From Candidatus Poseidoniales archaeon (GTDB lineage Archaea > Thermoplasmatota > Poseidoniia > Poseidoniales > Poseidoniaceae): DNA of 64,000 nt. Shown here one piece after another: positions 30,812 to 40,886 of this stretch (its first letter is position 1; every line of letters starts with the position of its first letter). Location of the stretch: assembly GCA_038146705.1 (NCBI GenBank), contig JAYQSB010000009.1, positions 2,374 to 66,373 of the forward strand, in the 5' to 3' direction. The position numbers and the translations under genes are program-made. The notes beneath the pieces were generated by a model. It had not been told where the DNA came from. It did no database searches and saw only the letters and a list, made by a program, of their open reading frames with translations.

Positions 30812-31210
30812 TCAAACTGAATCAACCAAGTGTAATCTGTGACCTTTCCGCACTTCAAGAATTGGAATATTGAGTTGATATGCTCGCCTTTTGAGTTCTA
30901 CATCGACTGTGAGCAAGGTAGAATTGTTTTGAAGAGCAGATTCAATGAGCAAATCATCGGTGTGCGTGCTTTCCATGTCGGATGTATCAACGACCACAGC
31001 CTTATCTTTGAGCAAATCAAGAAGCATTGTTGATTTTGAGATGGTTTTCTCTTTTTGCAAGAGTTCTAATTCTTCGAGGACAACATCGAGGACAAACCAT
31101 TGTGGTTTACCCAAATACCGTTGTGCTTCGTTGTCGATGTTGATACTCGAATGACGACATGCAACCCAACCACAAGCGTCGATGAGTAAAGATTGCACCA
31201 AGGACACCAT
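30812..31210 (-). CDS. PIN-domain RNase (Fcf1/Utp23-like)
   Basis: LLIDAC, VLEEL, TDDLLI, LLTVDVELKRR; conserved position after eif2g. Confidence 0.85.
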   Translation of the reverse strand: MVSLVQSLLIDACGWVACRHSSINIDNEAQRYLGKPQWFVLDVVLEELELLQKEKTISKSTMLLDLLKDKAVVVDTSDMESTHTDDLLIESALQNNSTLLTVDVELKRRAYQLNIPILEVRKGHRLHLVDSV

Positions 31211-31213
31211 TCC

Positions 31214-32452
31214 TCAAAGAATTGTGCCGTATCCAATGAGTCTCCATCGAGAGCCAACTCGACGAGAAAGTGATACGCGTTGTCCTACATCAGCACAAAT
31301 TGGGAGGCGTAATTCAAGCGACGTCGTGCCTTTCTCAACGTTTCGAGTTACACCAACAGATGTGGCTGTGGCAACATTGAGCATGAGCATCTCATTGTTT
31401 CGTAATGGTTGAACGACTTCTGCAGACTTATCATTTCCTGAGACCATGTTCTCCATGAGGTGAATTTGGATTTTTACAGTGGAGTGAAGTGGCGGCAACT
31501 CGTCTTTACGAGCTACGACTTGACCGGATAGATTATCCGAGGTTGTAATGGCTGGGTCGAGAAGCGTAGCCATACCACATAGGCCACCAGCATGCATATT
31601 CTCAAGGTTGTTCCCTCCACCTTGAAGTGAGGAAATCACGGCAGGTATTGGCTCCCAAGTCGATTTGTTTCCCTTCTCAATTTTTTTTCCTGGACCAATA
31701 ACAATCTCATCACCGACCTTGAATTGACCCTCTACGATACTTCCACCAATGACGCCACCTTTCAGTTTACTTGGTCGAGTTCCTGGTCGATTAATGTCAA
31801 AGGACCTTGCAACATACATGAGTGGTCGTTCATCAAGGTTCTTTTCTGGGGTTGGAATGTACTTCTCAATAGCCGCAATGAGAACATCGAGATTTACATC
31901 ATGGTGTGCAGAAACGGGAATCACAGGGGCATTCTCGGCAATCGTTCCTTTGAGGAATTCTTTAATTTCTTGGTGCGACTCTAATGCACGTTCTTTAGAG
32001 ACAAGGTCGATTTTGTTTTGAACAACGACGATGTTTTGAATCCCTGCAATTTCAAGCGCCATGAGATGTTCTCGTGTTTGTGGTTGAGGACATGGTTCGT
32101 TTGCTGCAACCATGAGAAGGGCCCCATCCATGATTGAAGCCCCAGTGATCATGATGGCCATGAGGGTTTCGTGACCGGGTGCGTCAACAAAGGAAACCAC
32201 CCTTTGAAGCTCGTCTTCTACATCTTCGGAACCATCAGGTCGTCGACCAGTTGGATAATAATCTCCTTCTTTGGTCTGATAAAATGCTGTATCGGCGTAA
32301 CCCAATTTAATTGAGATACCACGCTTGCGTTCTTCAGAATGCGTGTCTGTCCACACACCAGAAAGTGCTTGAGTTAGCGTTGTTTTACCATGGTCAACGT
32401 GACCTACAAGTCCAATGTTCACAATCGGTTGAGTTGGTAGCGTCCTGGACAT
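31214..32452 (-). CDS. eif2g: Translation initiation factor aIF2 gamma subunit
   Basis: GHVDHGKT, RGISIKLGY, DAPGHE, QNKID, RRVGSRWRLIGYG; start set to MSRTLP behind GAGGGG. Confidence 0.97.
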   Translation of the reverse strand: MSRTLPTQPIVNIGLVGHVDHGKTTLTQALSGVWTDTHSEERKRGISIKLGYADTAFYQTKEGDYYPTGRRPDGSEDVEDELQRVVSFVDAPGHETLMAIMITGASIMDGALLMVAANEPCPQPQTREHLMALEIAGIQNIVVVQNKIDLVSKERALESHQEIKEFLKGTIAENAPVIPVSAHHDVNLDVLIAAIEKYIPTPEKNLDERPLMYVARSFDINRPGTRPSKLKGGVIGGSIVEGQFKVGDEIVIGPGKKIEKGNKSTWEPIPAVISSLQGGGNNLENMHAGGLCGMATLLDPAITTSDNLSGQVVARKDELPPLHSTVKIQIHLMENMVSGNDKSAEVVQPLRNNEMLMLNVATATSVGVTRNVEKGTTSLELRLPICADVGQRVSLSRRVGSRWRLIGYGTIL

Positions 32453-32486
32453 TGTCCCCTCACGCTCCTCGATCAACCTCTCGGTT

Positions 32487-32984
32487 TCACTGGCTATCTC
32501 CTTCAGCAGGTGATTGATTGAAGATGTCGTCGAGTTTTTTCTTTCCATGCTCGACAACTTTCAAATTAATTTGACGTGTGTCTTGAGTTACAGTGTTTCC
32601 ACGGAATGTTCGGCGCTTTCGAAGACCATCGGGCTTCATTCGTACTTCTGTACCGCCACCTTTCTTTTTCTTGATGTTCTTCTTGATACCCTTGAATCCT
32701 GTAGAGCGAGTAACGAGAATAGATTGACGAGACCCTCCGTCGAGGTCCTTTCGCATTGGCGTCCCGGTTTTGTCAGAACCACCGGTGATTTCAAGTTTGT
32801 ATCCTCCGAGGTTTTGGTCGCTTTCAGTGGTCACAAAAAGACCATCGACAACATCGCCGATTCTCTTTCCAAGCACTTGTGCGTGATTGTTTCCTGTAAT
32901 CTTTGCTGAGTAGGATTTTCCGTCGTTCTTGGGGTCGGTATCATTGACAACTGCAATGAATTCTCCGCTCGTTCCTTGTGCCAT
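32487..32984 (-). CDS. rps6e: 30S ribosomal protein S6e
   Basis: LGKRIGD, LEITGGSDKTGTPMR, RKRRTFRGN, QINLKVV. Confidence 0.95.
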   Translation of the reverse strand: MAQGTSGEFIAVVNDTDPKNDGKSYSAKITGNNHAQVLGKRIGDVVDGLFVTTESDQNLGGYKLEITGGSDKTGTPMRKDLDGGSRQSILVTRSTGFKGIKKNIKKKKGGGTEVRMKPDGLRKRRTFRGNTVTQDTRQINLKVVEHGKKKLDDIFNQSPAEGDSQ

Positions 32985-33053
32985 ACGCTCACCTTACAGA
33001 CTTTGCCGACTAACGACCCGTATTTAGCCCCTCCGCACGATGTTAAGGCTCGA

Positions 33054-34256
33054 TTACTTCCGCAATCGCTTTGGAATGAGCATTTCCAACCTTGAAGCAA
33101 TATCTGCCGGTAGGAAGTGTGGCATGGTAAGGTGTGTTGTTCTACCACGTCCGCCTTCAACGGTTGACACGTTTGAGACGATGATTTGTGTGTGTTCAAG
33201 GTGCTTCACATATTTCCACATCGTTGTGTGGCTTTTTGGGTTCTGTCCGTACTCCTCACAAATCAAATGATACAATCCAGAAACATCGCCCATGGTCATT
33301 GTTGGTGTCTTCCTGAGGCGCCGACACATAGCGAGCAAGGTCATCATAGCATGAGCACTTAAGTCATCAATGTGGTCCATTTTCGTTGAGACATTCAAAG
33401 CGACCAGGTCTGAAGATTCATGTACATCTTGAATTGTTAAAAATGGCTCTGAATGACCGTCTTGTCGAAATTCACAACGCTCAACTGCAGCATTGAGAAA
33501 TTCGATCACACGACGTGCATCTCCGCTGGGGCCAGCCTTTTCTGCAATCAGTCGAATCACATCAAAATCCCATGTCCCCTCCACAAGTCCTAATTCGGCA
33601 CGTTGAAGGGCGATTGCTTCAAGTTCATCGACCGTATATGGTTGAACACGAATATGATTTGATTGACCAAGCCGAGATAGAACTGCAGGCTCAAGAAAAT
33701 CCAAGACTTGTTCTTGACTGATGAGTATGAGTGACACAGAACCATTTCTTCTCTGGTCTTCGTCAATTCGGAGAAGGTGATACAGCAATTCATCACCTGA
33801 ACGCCGTAGAACATGGTCGACTTCATCGAGAACGACGATGAGATGGGATGCGGCACGATCGAGTAACTTGCGGATACTGTTGAGCAGTTCTCCAATTGAC
33901 AAACCTCGGTCGGGGTGCCCGGGGTCAAGCGTGTGGACAATTCGTTGAACGACTTGCATACTCGTCGATGCGTTTCTGCAGTTGATGTGTGCGGTACGTA
34001 TTGTTCGTTGGTCTGCAAATTTCCTTTGCACATCTTCACAGAACCGACGAATAAGAACGGTTTTTCCACTTCCAACAGGGCCTGTGAGGACGACTCTTCC
34101 ACTTCCTTCAGGCTGTGCAATTGTGGTGAATTTCGATGCTAACTCTCGTTGTAGTTTGCTTCTCCCGACCAAACGTGGTGGTACAAAATCGAAATTGAAC
34201 GCTTCCGCATTGGCGAGAATGATGCCTGCACCAATACTGTCAAGATAATCAGTCAT
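33054..34256 (-). CDS. cdc6: Orc1/Cdc6 replication initiator
   Basis: FVPPRLVGR, GPVGSGKT, HINCR, VVLDEVD, GDARRVI, C-terminal wHTH GGRGRT. Confidence 0.93.
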   Translation of the reverse strand: MTDYLDSIGAGIILANAEAFNFDFVPPRLVGRSKLQRELASKFTTIAQPEGSGRVVLTGPVGSGKTVLIRRFCEDVQRKFADQRTIRTAHINCRNASTSMQVVQRIVHTLDPGHPDRGLSIGELLNSIRKLLDRAASHLIVVLDEVDHVLRRSGDELLYHLLRIDEDQRRNGSVSLILISQEQVLDFLEPAVLSRLGQSNHIRVQPYTVDELEAIALQRAELGLVEGTWDFDVIRLIAEKAGPSGDARRVIEFLNAAVERCEFRQDGHSEPFLTIQDVHESSDLVALNVSTKMDHIDDLSAHAMMTLLAMCRRLRKTPTMTMGDVSGLYHLICEEYGQNPKSHTTMWKYVKHLEHTQIIVSNVSTVEGGRGRTTHLTMPHFLPADIASRLEMLIPKRLRK

Positions 34257-34455
34257 CTCATTACATGCTTATGGCAACCGTTCTAAAAGATGTGCATCAA
34301 AAGTCGAGCAAAGAGCAGTGTTCCTCGATGGAATTTCGTCGAATTGGTAGCCGTATTGCAACCGCTTTCACCAATTATAACTTCAGGTTCAAATGATGTC
34401 GTTAGCGTTGCTTGGAGCCCACAACGCTCAAAGAGGTCGGTGCTAAGGAAGAGGT

Positions 34456-35691
34456 ATGAGCACCCGGCGACTCTTTGCTGCAGTTCGGGATCTCGACCCA
34501 CCTGGTGGTGGTGCAGAGCGTTCTTTGGCAGCTTTGTTGAATGGTATTGCAGTATCTGGGCCAACGCTTGAGACCGCACCAACATTTGTACCAATGTCGC
34601 CCTCCGAAGATGCTCCAACGCACCCAGCGTGGACGGTGAGTGCATATGCAAGTCACGATAGAGGCGACCGTATTGGTTTGCTTGAGCCCGAAGTGAACTT
34701 CACCACCACGCCTCTCCCTATCGAAGGGTTCTGGTCGAAGGTAGCGTGGGCTTTGCGAGAGCGTAGAGGTGAGTTGAGGCGTAGAAAGTGGGCTCTTGAC
34801 CGGCATATTGCCCGACGAAGTTCCCAGTTTGCCACTCGTGTGGGCTCGTGGTTAGACAAACAGGATTACACTGGCGGCATCGGGTTGACTCAACTCGATT
34901 GGGCACCAGGTGCTGCAGAAGCGTTTACCGCACGTGGAATACCTTACATCATGTTCGTTCGAGATGATACGGTGTTCCGGCTTGAGAAACGATTTCGACC
35001 TATAATGGAAGGTGCTGCCCTCGTGTGTGCGGCAGGTGAAGGTCTCCTCGCTGACATTGGGTCTCGGTTCTCTATTCAACAAGGGCATAGCGTGCCTCTA
35101 CCCATCGATTTCAGTGGGCGTTTTGGCAGCATGGATGACGTCAATGCCTTGCGATCTTCTGAGCAGGCAAAGCGACCTGATGGGTCGCCACCGACGATTG
35201 GTATCATGGTCGTGACGCCGGAAAAAGGGTTACGAATGTATCAACGACTCCTACCGAAGTTGCTCGAGCAGTGGCCGGAGGCTGAAGTTCACATAGCAGG
35301 GGGGAGTTCTTATCCTCAACAACTGGCCCATCATCCAAACGCACGCATACGAGGTTATGTAGACGCAGCAACCTTTTTTGCAAGCATCGATGTTCACCTT
35401 ATTTTATTTGAGACCACAGGTTCGTGGGGACGAGTTATCGGCGAGGCTGGTTTATTTGGTGTACCAAGCGTTACATCCGACGTTGGTTCCCAAAAGGAAG
35501 CCTTGGGTGAGGGAGGCATTTTGGTTCCAGACGGCCATGATGTAGATGCTGTTATTGAGGCTCTGAGGAATGTTTACGCCGATCGTGAGCACTACGGTGC
35601 GTTGGCAAGGAAGCACACCCAGATGGTTGACCATCGGCGTTCGGTTGCAGCATTCCGCACCGGCCTTGAAAATATCCTGAATAAACGTTGA
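34456..35691 (+). CDS. Glycosyltransferase, GT4/GT-B type
   Basis: PGGGAERS, KGL, IAGG, SWGRVIGEAGLFGVPSVTSDVG; visibly more GC-rich than its flanks. Confidence 0.8.
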   Translation: MSTRRLFAAVRDLDPPGGGAERSLAALLNGIAVSGPTLETAPTFVPMSPSEDAPTHPAWTVSAYASHDRGDRIGLLEPEVNFTTTPLPIEGFWSKVAWALRERRGELRRRKWALDRHIARRSSQFATRVGSWLDKQDYTGGIGLTQLDWAPGAAEAFTARGIPYIMFVRDDTVFRLEKRFRPIMEGAALVCAAGEGLLADIGSRFSIQQGHSVPLPIDFSGRFGSMDDVNALRSSEQAKRPDGSPPTIGIMVVTPEKGLRMYQRLLPKLLEQWPEAEVHIAGGSSYPQQLAHHPNARIRGYVDAATFFASIDVHLILFETTGSWGRVIGEAGLFGVPSVTSDVGSQKEALGEGGILVPDGHDVDAVIEALRNVYADREHYGALARKHTQMVDHRRSVAAFRTGLENILNKR

Positions 35692-35736
35692 ACGGGCCTT
35701 GGGCCCCTGGCTTGCAGCAGGTACGCTTTCCGAACC

Positions 35737-36492
35737 TTATTTCGTCAATTTATCCTTCACGCCCCAATACAACCGTTTGGCAGATTGTTTAGCCTTCGTT
35801 CCTACCGGGACCGAGGCTTTCTGGAACAAGTAGGTCGGTGTTGCGGCGTAATTCACCATGTCCGTTGCATATCCAAACTGGGCCACGGCTTGCTTGAAAT
35901 TTTTAAATTCAGCCTTCGTGGCTAATTCTGCGAAAATAACTGGCGACTGCGTCTCAAGAATGTGTTGAGCACCTCGAATAATGTCCAATTCAAATCCTTC
36001 AACGTCCATTTTGATCAATGCAATGTTGTCGACGCCTTGCATGACATTATCAAGCGTGTCCACCTCCCTGTTCGTACCTTCGACATTAACGATTTTTGTC
36101 ATACCGGCATTGAGGTGGTTTGTGTCGGAGAGGTCAACAAATCCCTTCTTGTCCAAAATACCGATGTCACTAAGGTGGTAGGTGCCGTCTTTGCAGTTGT
36201 GTTCCATGTTTCTCTTCAATATAGAAAAAATGGCTTCATCGATCTCAAAGCTGTACACTTTGGTGGCGTTGCAAAATCGATTAAAGTACACCGAATGGTT
36301 GCCAATGTTGGCACCGATGTCAATGTATACGCCTTCAAGATTCAGGGATTGTGCTTTTTCCAATAACTGATGCTCGTAAAACGTCTGCTCTGTTGCAATT
36401 CGGTCAAAAATCGAATCTTCGGCGTGGTAACCTTCCATTGTGATCCGCTCATCAGCGTACACAAATTCAGTCACCACACGGTCCCGACCCAT
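35737..36492 (-). CDS. FkbM-family methyltransferase
   Basis: YIDIGANIGNHS, VYSFE, LIKMDVEGFE. Confidence 0.9.
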   Translation of the reverse strand: MGRDRVVTEFVYADERITMEGYHAEDSIFDRIATEQTFYEHQLLEKAQSLNLEGVYIDIGANIGNHSVYFNRFCNATKVYSFEIDEAIFSILKRNMEHNCKDGTYHLSDIGILDKKGFVDLSDTNHLNAGMTKIVNVEGTNREVDTLDNVMQGVDNIALIKMDVEGFELDIIRGAQHILETQSPVIFAELATKAEFKNFKQAVAQFGYATDMVNYAATPTYLFQKASVPVGTKAKQSAKRLYWGVKDKLTK

Positions 36493-36527
36493 GACCTCTC
36501 TTCCGAATCTTAGTCTTTAATCCTGTT

Positions 36528-37721
36528 TCAAAGGTGATTTGTTGAAAGAACGGTCTCGTAAACATCCAGCAACTGGTTGCGAATCGAATCCTTGCTGTAC
36601 CTCGCTTCAACTCCTTTGCGCATGGTTTGCGTGTCCCAATCCTTTCCGATCATGCTGCGCATGGCTTCTGTCAAGCCGTCTGCATCGTCAACATCGACGA
36701 GTATGCCATCCTCGTTTCGGACGATGTCGTTTGGTCCGCCGCATCGCGTGGCGACGACTGGTCGGCCAGAGGAGAGTGCTTCGATTAAAACGATGCCAAA
36801 TGTTTCGTATCGGCTTGGGTGGACAAAGGCATCGATTGCTTGAAAAAATTCACTTGCTTTTTCCCGTGGTATAGCACCAACAAACTGTACCCTGTCGTCT
36901 ATTCCGTATGTAGAGGCTAGTTCTTCCAACTGTTTCCGAAGTGGTCCTTCTCCAGCCAACAAAAGTCTAGCGTTTGTGACATTTTTGAACGCTTGCAACA
37001 ATGTGCTGTGACCTTTATCTTTCACCAAATTAGCCATGTATCCAAATGTGAATGTGCTGTTGTTGGGTTGAGGTGTGTATGGGAATTTTTCTACATCGAT
37101 CATGTTTGGTACTGTGGTGAATTTTGATGCCTGAATGCCAAGGATTCGTTCTAAATCTTTGGCTAGTGTACTGCTGACGGACAAAAGCCGGTTGGCTGAT
37201 TCCAGGGCCAACGCTGCGGTGATACGTTCCCTCGGCCCAACAATATTTCTTGCGAATACACTCGAATGAACTGTGACAAGATAAGGGATGTTTTCCCTTT
37301 CAGCGATGGCTTTCGCAAGAATGGCTCCCCACATCGTAGCTTTGGCGTGAATGATATCTGGAGCACCGTGGACTGCCTTGTATGCATCGTACATCTTCAA
37401 TGCTAATTTCTCATGAGACCGGACGAATGAACGGTATATCCACGGTATTCTGTGAAATGGGCCAGGTTGGTACAACCGTTTGCTGGCTCGTACTACTGTC
37501 AGGTTGTTTTCAACATTCATTTCAATGGGACGACTTGGCCCATTTAGCCAAGTTGAAGATGGGAGGTGGTGAAATCTCGCATGAAGAACACCAACTTTGT
37601 GACCGATTTCTGCAAACATCTCGACCTGCTCTCTGAAGAAGGTTCCTGAAAGGGGAGCGTCTAGGCTTGGGTACCACGAGGGAATAAAGAGGATATGGCG
37701 TTCATTCAACGGCATCACCAC
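36528..37721 (-). CDS. Glycosyltransferase family 4
   Basis: SWYPS, GTFFREQ, DIIHA, VPNMID, KGH, PSRYETFGIVLIEALSSGRPVVAT. Confidence 0.9.
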   Translation of the reverse strand: MVMPLNERHILFIPSWYPSLDAPLSGTFFREQVEMFAEIGHKVGVLHARFHHLPSSTWLNGPSRPIEMNVENNLTVVRASKRLYQPGPFHRIPWIYRSFVRSHEKLALKMYDAYKAVHGAPDIIHAKATMWGAILAKAIAERENIPYLVTVHSSVFARNIVGPRERITAALALESANRLLSVSSTLAKDLERILGIQASKFTTVPNMIDVEKFPYTPQPNNSTFTFGYMANLVKDKGHSTLLQAFKNVTNARLLLAGEGPLRKQLEELASTYGIDDRVQFVGAIPREKASEFFQAIDAFVHPSRYETFGIVLIEALSSGRPVVATRCGGPNDIVRNEDGILVDVDDADGLTEAMRSMIGKDWDTQTMRKGVEARYSKDSIRNQLLDVYETVLSTNHL

Positions 37722-37938
37722 TCATTCTTCAACTACTGACGGTCAGCGCCCTTGTGGACACGCATGTACATCACCAATCTTCTTAAATTAAATTCGGTTC
37801 ATTTGTGCTTAAACCTTTCCAAATCACAGTTGTACCCGCTGAACCAGCCTGCTGAACACCTCCAAAATATGCCGCTTTCAATCCTATCTGACTGTTTTGG
37901 GGATTGGTTATTTTAATGATGGCGCAAGTGTCATCACT

Positions 37939-38538
37939 ATGACAGAAAGTCCTGAGGGAGGTTCATTTTTCAAAAAATGGGCCATGAGACAATACTGGAG
38001 AATGCAACAATCCCAAGCCGTTGTAAGTTTGTTGTTGTGGGGGACTACCATCACCCTCCTCGTTTGGCCTTTAATCCAATGGAGATTCACAGCAGAATGC
38101 ACAACAGGAATTTGTATTTCCGATGAATTTTTTGGCATATCGAGTACGTACTTTGCACTAACAGCCATCTTCTTCACTGTGATGTTATCCGTTCTTTCAA
38201 TTGGATTTCTTTACGATCAAGTGTTTTCTCTTTGGACCGAGTGGCGAAGTGTCGATATGGAGCGCAATCCCTTTGTAACCTATGCCCTTGCTCCAATTTG
38301 GGTTATAACGATTGCATTACAAGCCGAGGTCTTGAAGCGCACCTCGCCCGAAGATGAAGCAATAGTCAAGCAAGCTGATTGGTGTCTCAAGTGGTGCGAG
38401 ACCTACACTGAGGGTGAAATGTTCGCTCGTGCTGTTCAACGATGGGACGAAGATTTAGGTGAGACGCCAACATTTTGGTTCACCAGCGATGAGGCGATGG
38501 AGCGTGCTCGCCAGACTTCATTCGTTGACGAAACTTGA
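37939..38538 (+). CDS. Hypothetical membrane protein (two TM segments)
   Basis: Hydrophobic stretches SLLLWGTTITLLVW and FALTAIFFTVMLSVLSIGFLY; long open frame filling the gap. Confidence 0.6.
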   Translation: MTESPEGGSFFKKWAMRQYWRMQQSQAVVSLLLWGTTITLLVWPLIQWRFTAECTTGICISDEFFGISSTYFALTAIFFTVMLSVLSIGFLYDQVFSLWTEWRSVDMERNPFVTYALAPIWVITIALQAEVLKRTSPEDEAIVKQADWCLKWCETYTEGEMFARAVQRWDEDLGETPTFWFTSDEAMERARQTSFVDET

Positions 38539-38648
38539 TACACTGTTGCTAAAGATTTTCTTACAGAAGAAATGTTAGCCAATCTTGTGAGATGTTCAAG
38601 GCAATCCTTCTAGAACATGTGCCTGAACAAGAGAATAAGCAATTTCAT

Positions 38649-39758
38649 TCACGGAATTTCATCGAATTGATACCCGTGTTGCCACTGTTTTTCACCGAGG
38701 GCAACTTCAAGTTCAAATGGCGTGATGAGCGGCTTTCGATATCGAACAGCATCATCAATGGCGATTCGAGGGCATGCAGTATTGACAAAAGCATCAACAG
38801 GATAGAAATCAATGAGATCAGGTCCTATGTGCTCAAGTGCGAGCAGATAGCCCTTTTTGCCATGCTGTTCCAAGATTTTTTTCATTCGAAGAGCGAGCGT
38901 CCTTCGCATTTGGCCGGGTTTTTCTCCAATGAGGATGCCAAAAGTTTTTGCATCTTGACACGACATGATGAGGCCAAAACGTTGCCTAAGGATTCGCTCG
39001 ATTCGCTCAAGTGACATTTCTTCTGCATCGCCTGTGTATGGGTCGAGCATTGCTAGTGGTTTTCCGGTATGAAGTACAAGTCCTATTGGATGAAAATCAC
39101 CTGATCCAAGGAAAAGATAATGCCCTATAGAAGCATCATCTCCGCTGTAATTGCATCCTAAAACTTGACCGGGGAATGAAAGTCTCGCACCACCGATGGG
39201 TATTGTTACATCATAGCCTGCTTTTTCCAAACGTTCAACAAAGTCAGGGAGCAAATGAAGGTGTTGAATTGACCCGACGAGTCCAAGTTTTGCATCAGTC
39301 AGGGGGGCAAGTCGTCCAACTGCATCCATAAACCGTTCTTGAGCTTCTTCATCACTCATCTGTGAATCATCATGTTGCTGTTGAAGTCGTTGTTGAGCCA
39401 TCGTTCTGTGCTTTTCTAAAATTGGAAGAACAGGCAGGAGTTCAGGGTCTCCGTCATACGTTACATTGATGAATTGGGTGGGCATACCAGAATCAATATT
39501 CATTTGGGAATGGCCCATGTGTGCAACGAGTTCGACACCCATAAGTTTCATTTTATCATGAACAAGGTCACATGCTCCGTAGCAAGGGTCTGCAGCAAGA
39601 ACAATTTTTGCACTCGTCTCGCTTTCGATGGCATCCATCATTTCCAGTGCTTGCATCTTGAGCCCCTCAGGCACTTGAAGGGCAACAAGTCTGTGGTCGT
39701 TGGTTTGTATCTTATCAATGAGGTCATTAAGTTCAAAATCGTGACGTTCCATATCCAT
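38649..39758 (-). CDS. dph2: Diphthamide biosynthesis protein Dph2
   Basis: LQVPEGLK, CYGACD, HMGHS, GQVLGC, TACPRIAIDD. Confidence 0.93.
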   Translation of the reverse strand: MDMERHDFELNDLIDKIQTNDHRLVALQVPEGLKMQALEMMDAIESETSAKIVLAADPCYGACDLVHDKMKLMGVELVAHMGHSQMNIDSGMPTQFINVTYDGDPELLPVLPILEKHRTMAQQRLQQQHDDSQMSDEEAQERFMDAVGRLAPLTDAKLGLVGSIQHLHLLPDFVERLEKAGYDVTIPIGGARLSFPGQVLGCNYSGDDASIGHYLFLGSGDFHPIGLVLHTGKPLAMLDPYTGDAEEMSLERIERILRQRFGLIMSCQDAKTFGILIGEKPGQMRRTLALRMKKILEQHGKKGYLLALEHIGPDLIDFYPVDAFVNTACPRIAIDDAVRYRKPLITPFELEVALGEKQWQHGYQFDEIP

Positions 39759-39767
39759 ATCTTCACC

Positions 39768-40361
39768 TCAGTTTAGGATGTGGACATTGCCATCAACCAT
39801 TTCAACTTGAAGAAGCGATTGAAAATGGACGTCCGGAAAATTTTCTTGGAGCATCCTCGTTCCAGTTCCCTTCTCAACAACCGTGATCACTTCACTGACA
39901 GTAACATTCGCTGCAATGAGGCCCTCGAGAATGGCAAACAGTGTTCCTCCGGTTGAGATCACATCATCAAAGATGGCCACCTTTTCACCCTCATAGACAT
40001 CGTTGATGTACATTGATGCTTTGGAATATCCCGTTTTTTGTTCAATTTTTATCTCTCCTTCCATACCGTACGGCCTTTTTCGAATAACTGCAAATGGAAT
40101 ACCTGTTGCCATACTCAAGGGTGCGGTCAGTGGAAGACCCATCGCTTCAATACCTAACAGCACATCGATATTTGACCAATCGATTCGAGTGTTGACATCT
40201 TCAATAATTTCTGTCAACACTTCAGCGGGCAATCGAGGTACGCCATCGGTGATAGGGTGAACGAAGTAGGGGTATCCATCTTTCCAAATAATTGGTGCGT
40301 CAATTAAACTCTGTCTCAAAAATGACAGATTCTCACTGGTCATACTAATCCGAAGAGCCAT
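39768..40361 (-). CDS. Purine phosphoribosyltransferase (archaeal Hpt/APRT-like)
   Basis: YPYFVHPITDGVP, EAMGLP, IRKR, FDDVISTGGT. Confidence 0.88.
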   Translation of the reverse strand: MALRISMTSENLSFLRQSLIDAPIIWKDGYPYFVHPITDGVPRLPAEVLTEIIEDVNTRIDWSNIDVLLGIEAMGLPLTAPLSMATGIPFAVIRKRPYGMEGEIKIEQKTGYSKASMYINDVYEGEKVAIFDDVISTGGTLFAILEGLIAANVTVSEVITVVEKGTGTRMLQENFPDVHFQSLLQVEMVDGNVHILN

Positions 40362-40378
40362 CGGCGTTTGAGTCTTCC

Positions 40379-40786
40379 CTACAACTCAGAAATGTATTCA
40401 ACATACTCATCCGGGTCAAGTAATTGCTCCATGTCGATAGCGTGAGGCTCAAGAACGATAATCCATCCGTGGTCGTATGCGGAATCATTGACGAGATCTG
40501 GATTAATTTCGACTTCACCGTTGACTTCTCGAATCACACCTGAAAAGGGTGATGGGAATGAAATTTTTTCATCCGAAGTCCAAATTGAAAACAAATCATC
40601 ACCCTCATCAACCTCAGTTTCGGCTTGTGGAAGAATGACCCTGAGTACTTCGCCAGCATCAAATGCTAGAAATTCGCTTACTCCTATCATTAATTTTTCT
40701 TCCTTATCCTGATACCACAGGTGATCAAGGGAGTATTTTCGGTTATGTGCAACTTGAAATTCAACATAATCATAATCATCGTCCAT
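40379..40786 (-). CDS. GcvH-like protein (lipoyl-Lys position not conserved)
   Basis: YSLDHLW, IGVSEF...GEV..V.LP, SPFSG.I.EVN, P.LVNDSAYDHGWI, LLDPDEY; the ESVKA motif is replaced by WTSDE. Confidence 0.8.
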   Translation of the reverse strand: MDDDYDYVEFQVAHNRKYSLDHLWYQDKEEKLMIGVSEFLAFDAGEVLRVILPQAETEVDEGDDLFSIWTSDEKISFPSPFSGVIREVNGEVEINPDLVNDSAYDHGWIIVLEPHAIDMEQLLDPDEYVEYISEL

Positions 40787-40886
40787 AAGGCATCTGCACC
40801 GCCGTACAACAGGTGGTATATGAATAATGAGTTCCGGCAATCCGTTGTAAACAATCAAACGGGTTAAGAAACACCGCGACATCCAA

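Noticed and set aside
34257-34455. Replication origin (ORB boxes) upstream of cdc6; dyad TTCC-TCGAT-GGAA near 34321-34333
   Set aside because: The spacer is 5 nt rather than the 3 nt of canonical ORB (TTCCAGTGGAA), there is a single copy, no G-string and no clear AT-rich unwinding element. A similar TTCCTCGATTGAA near 49739 suggests chance. Cannot be excluded without GC-skew data.
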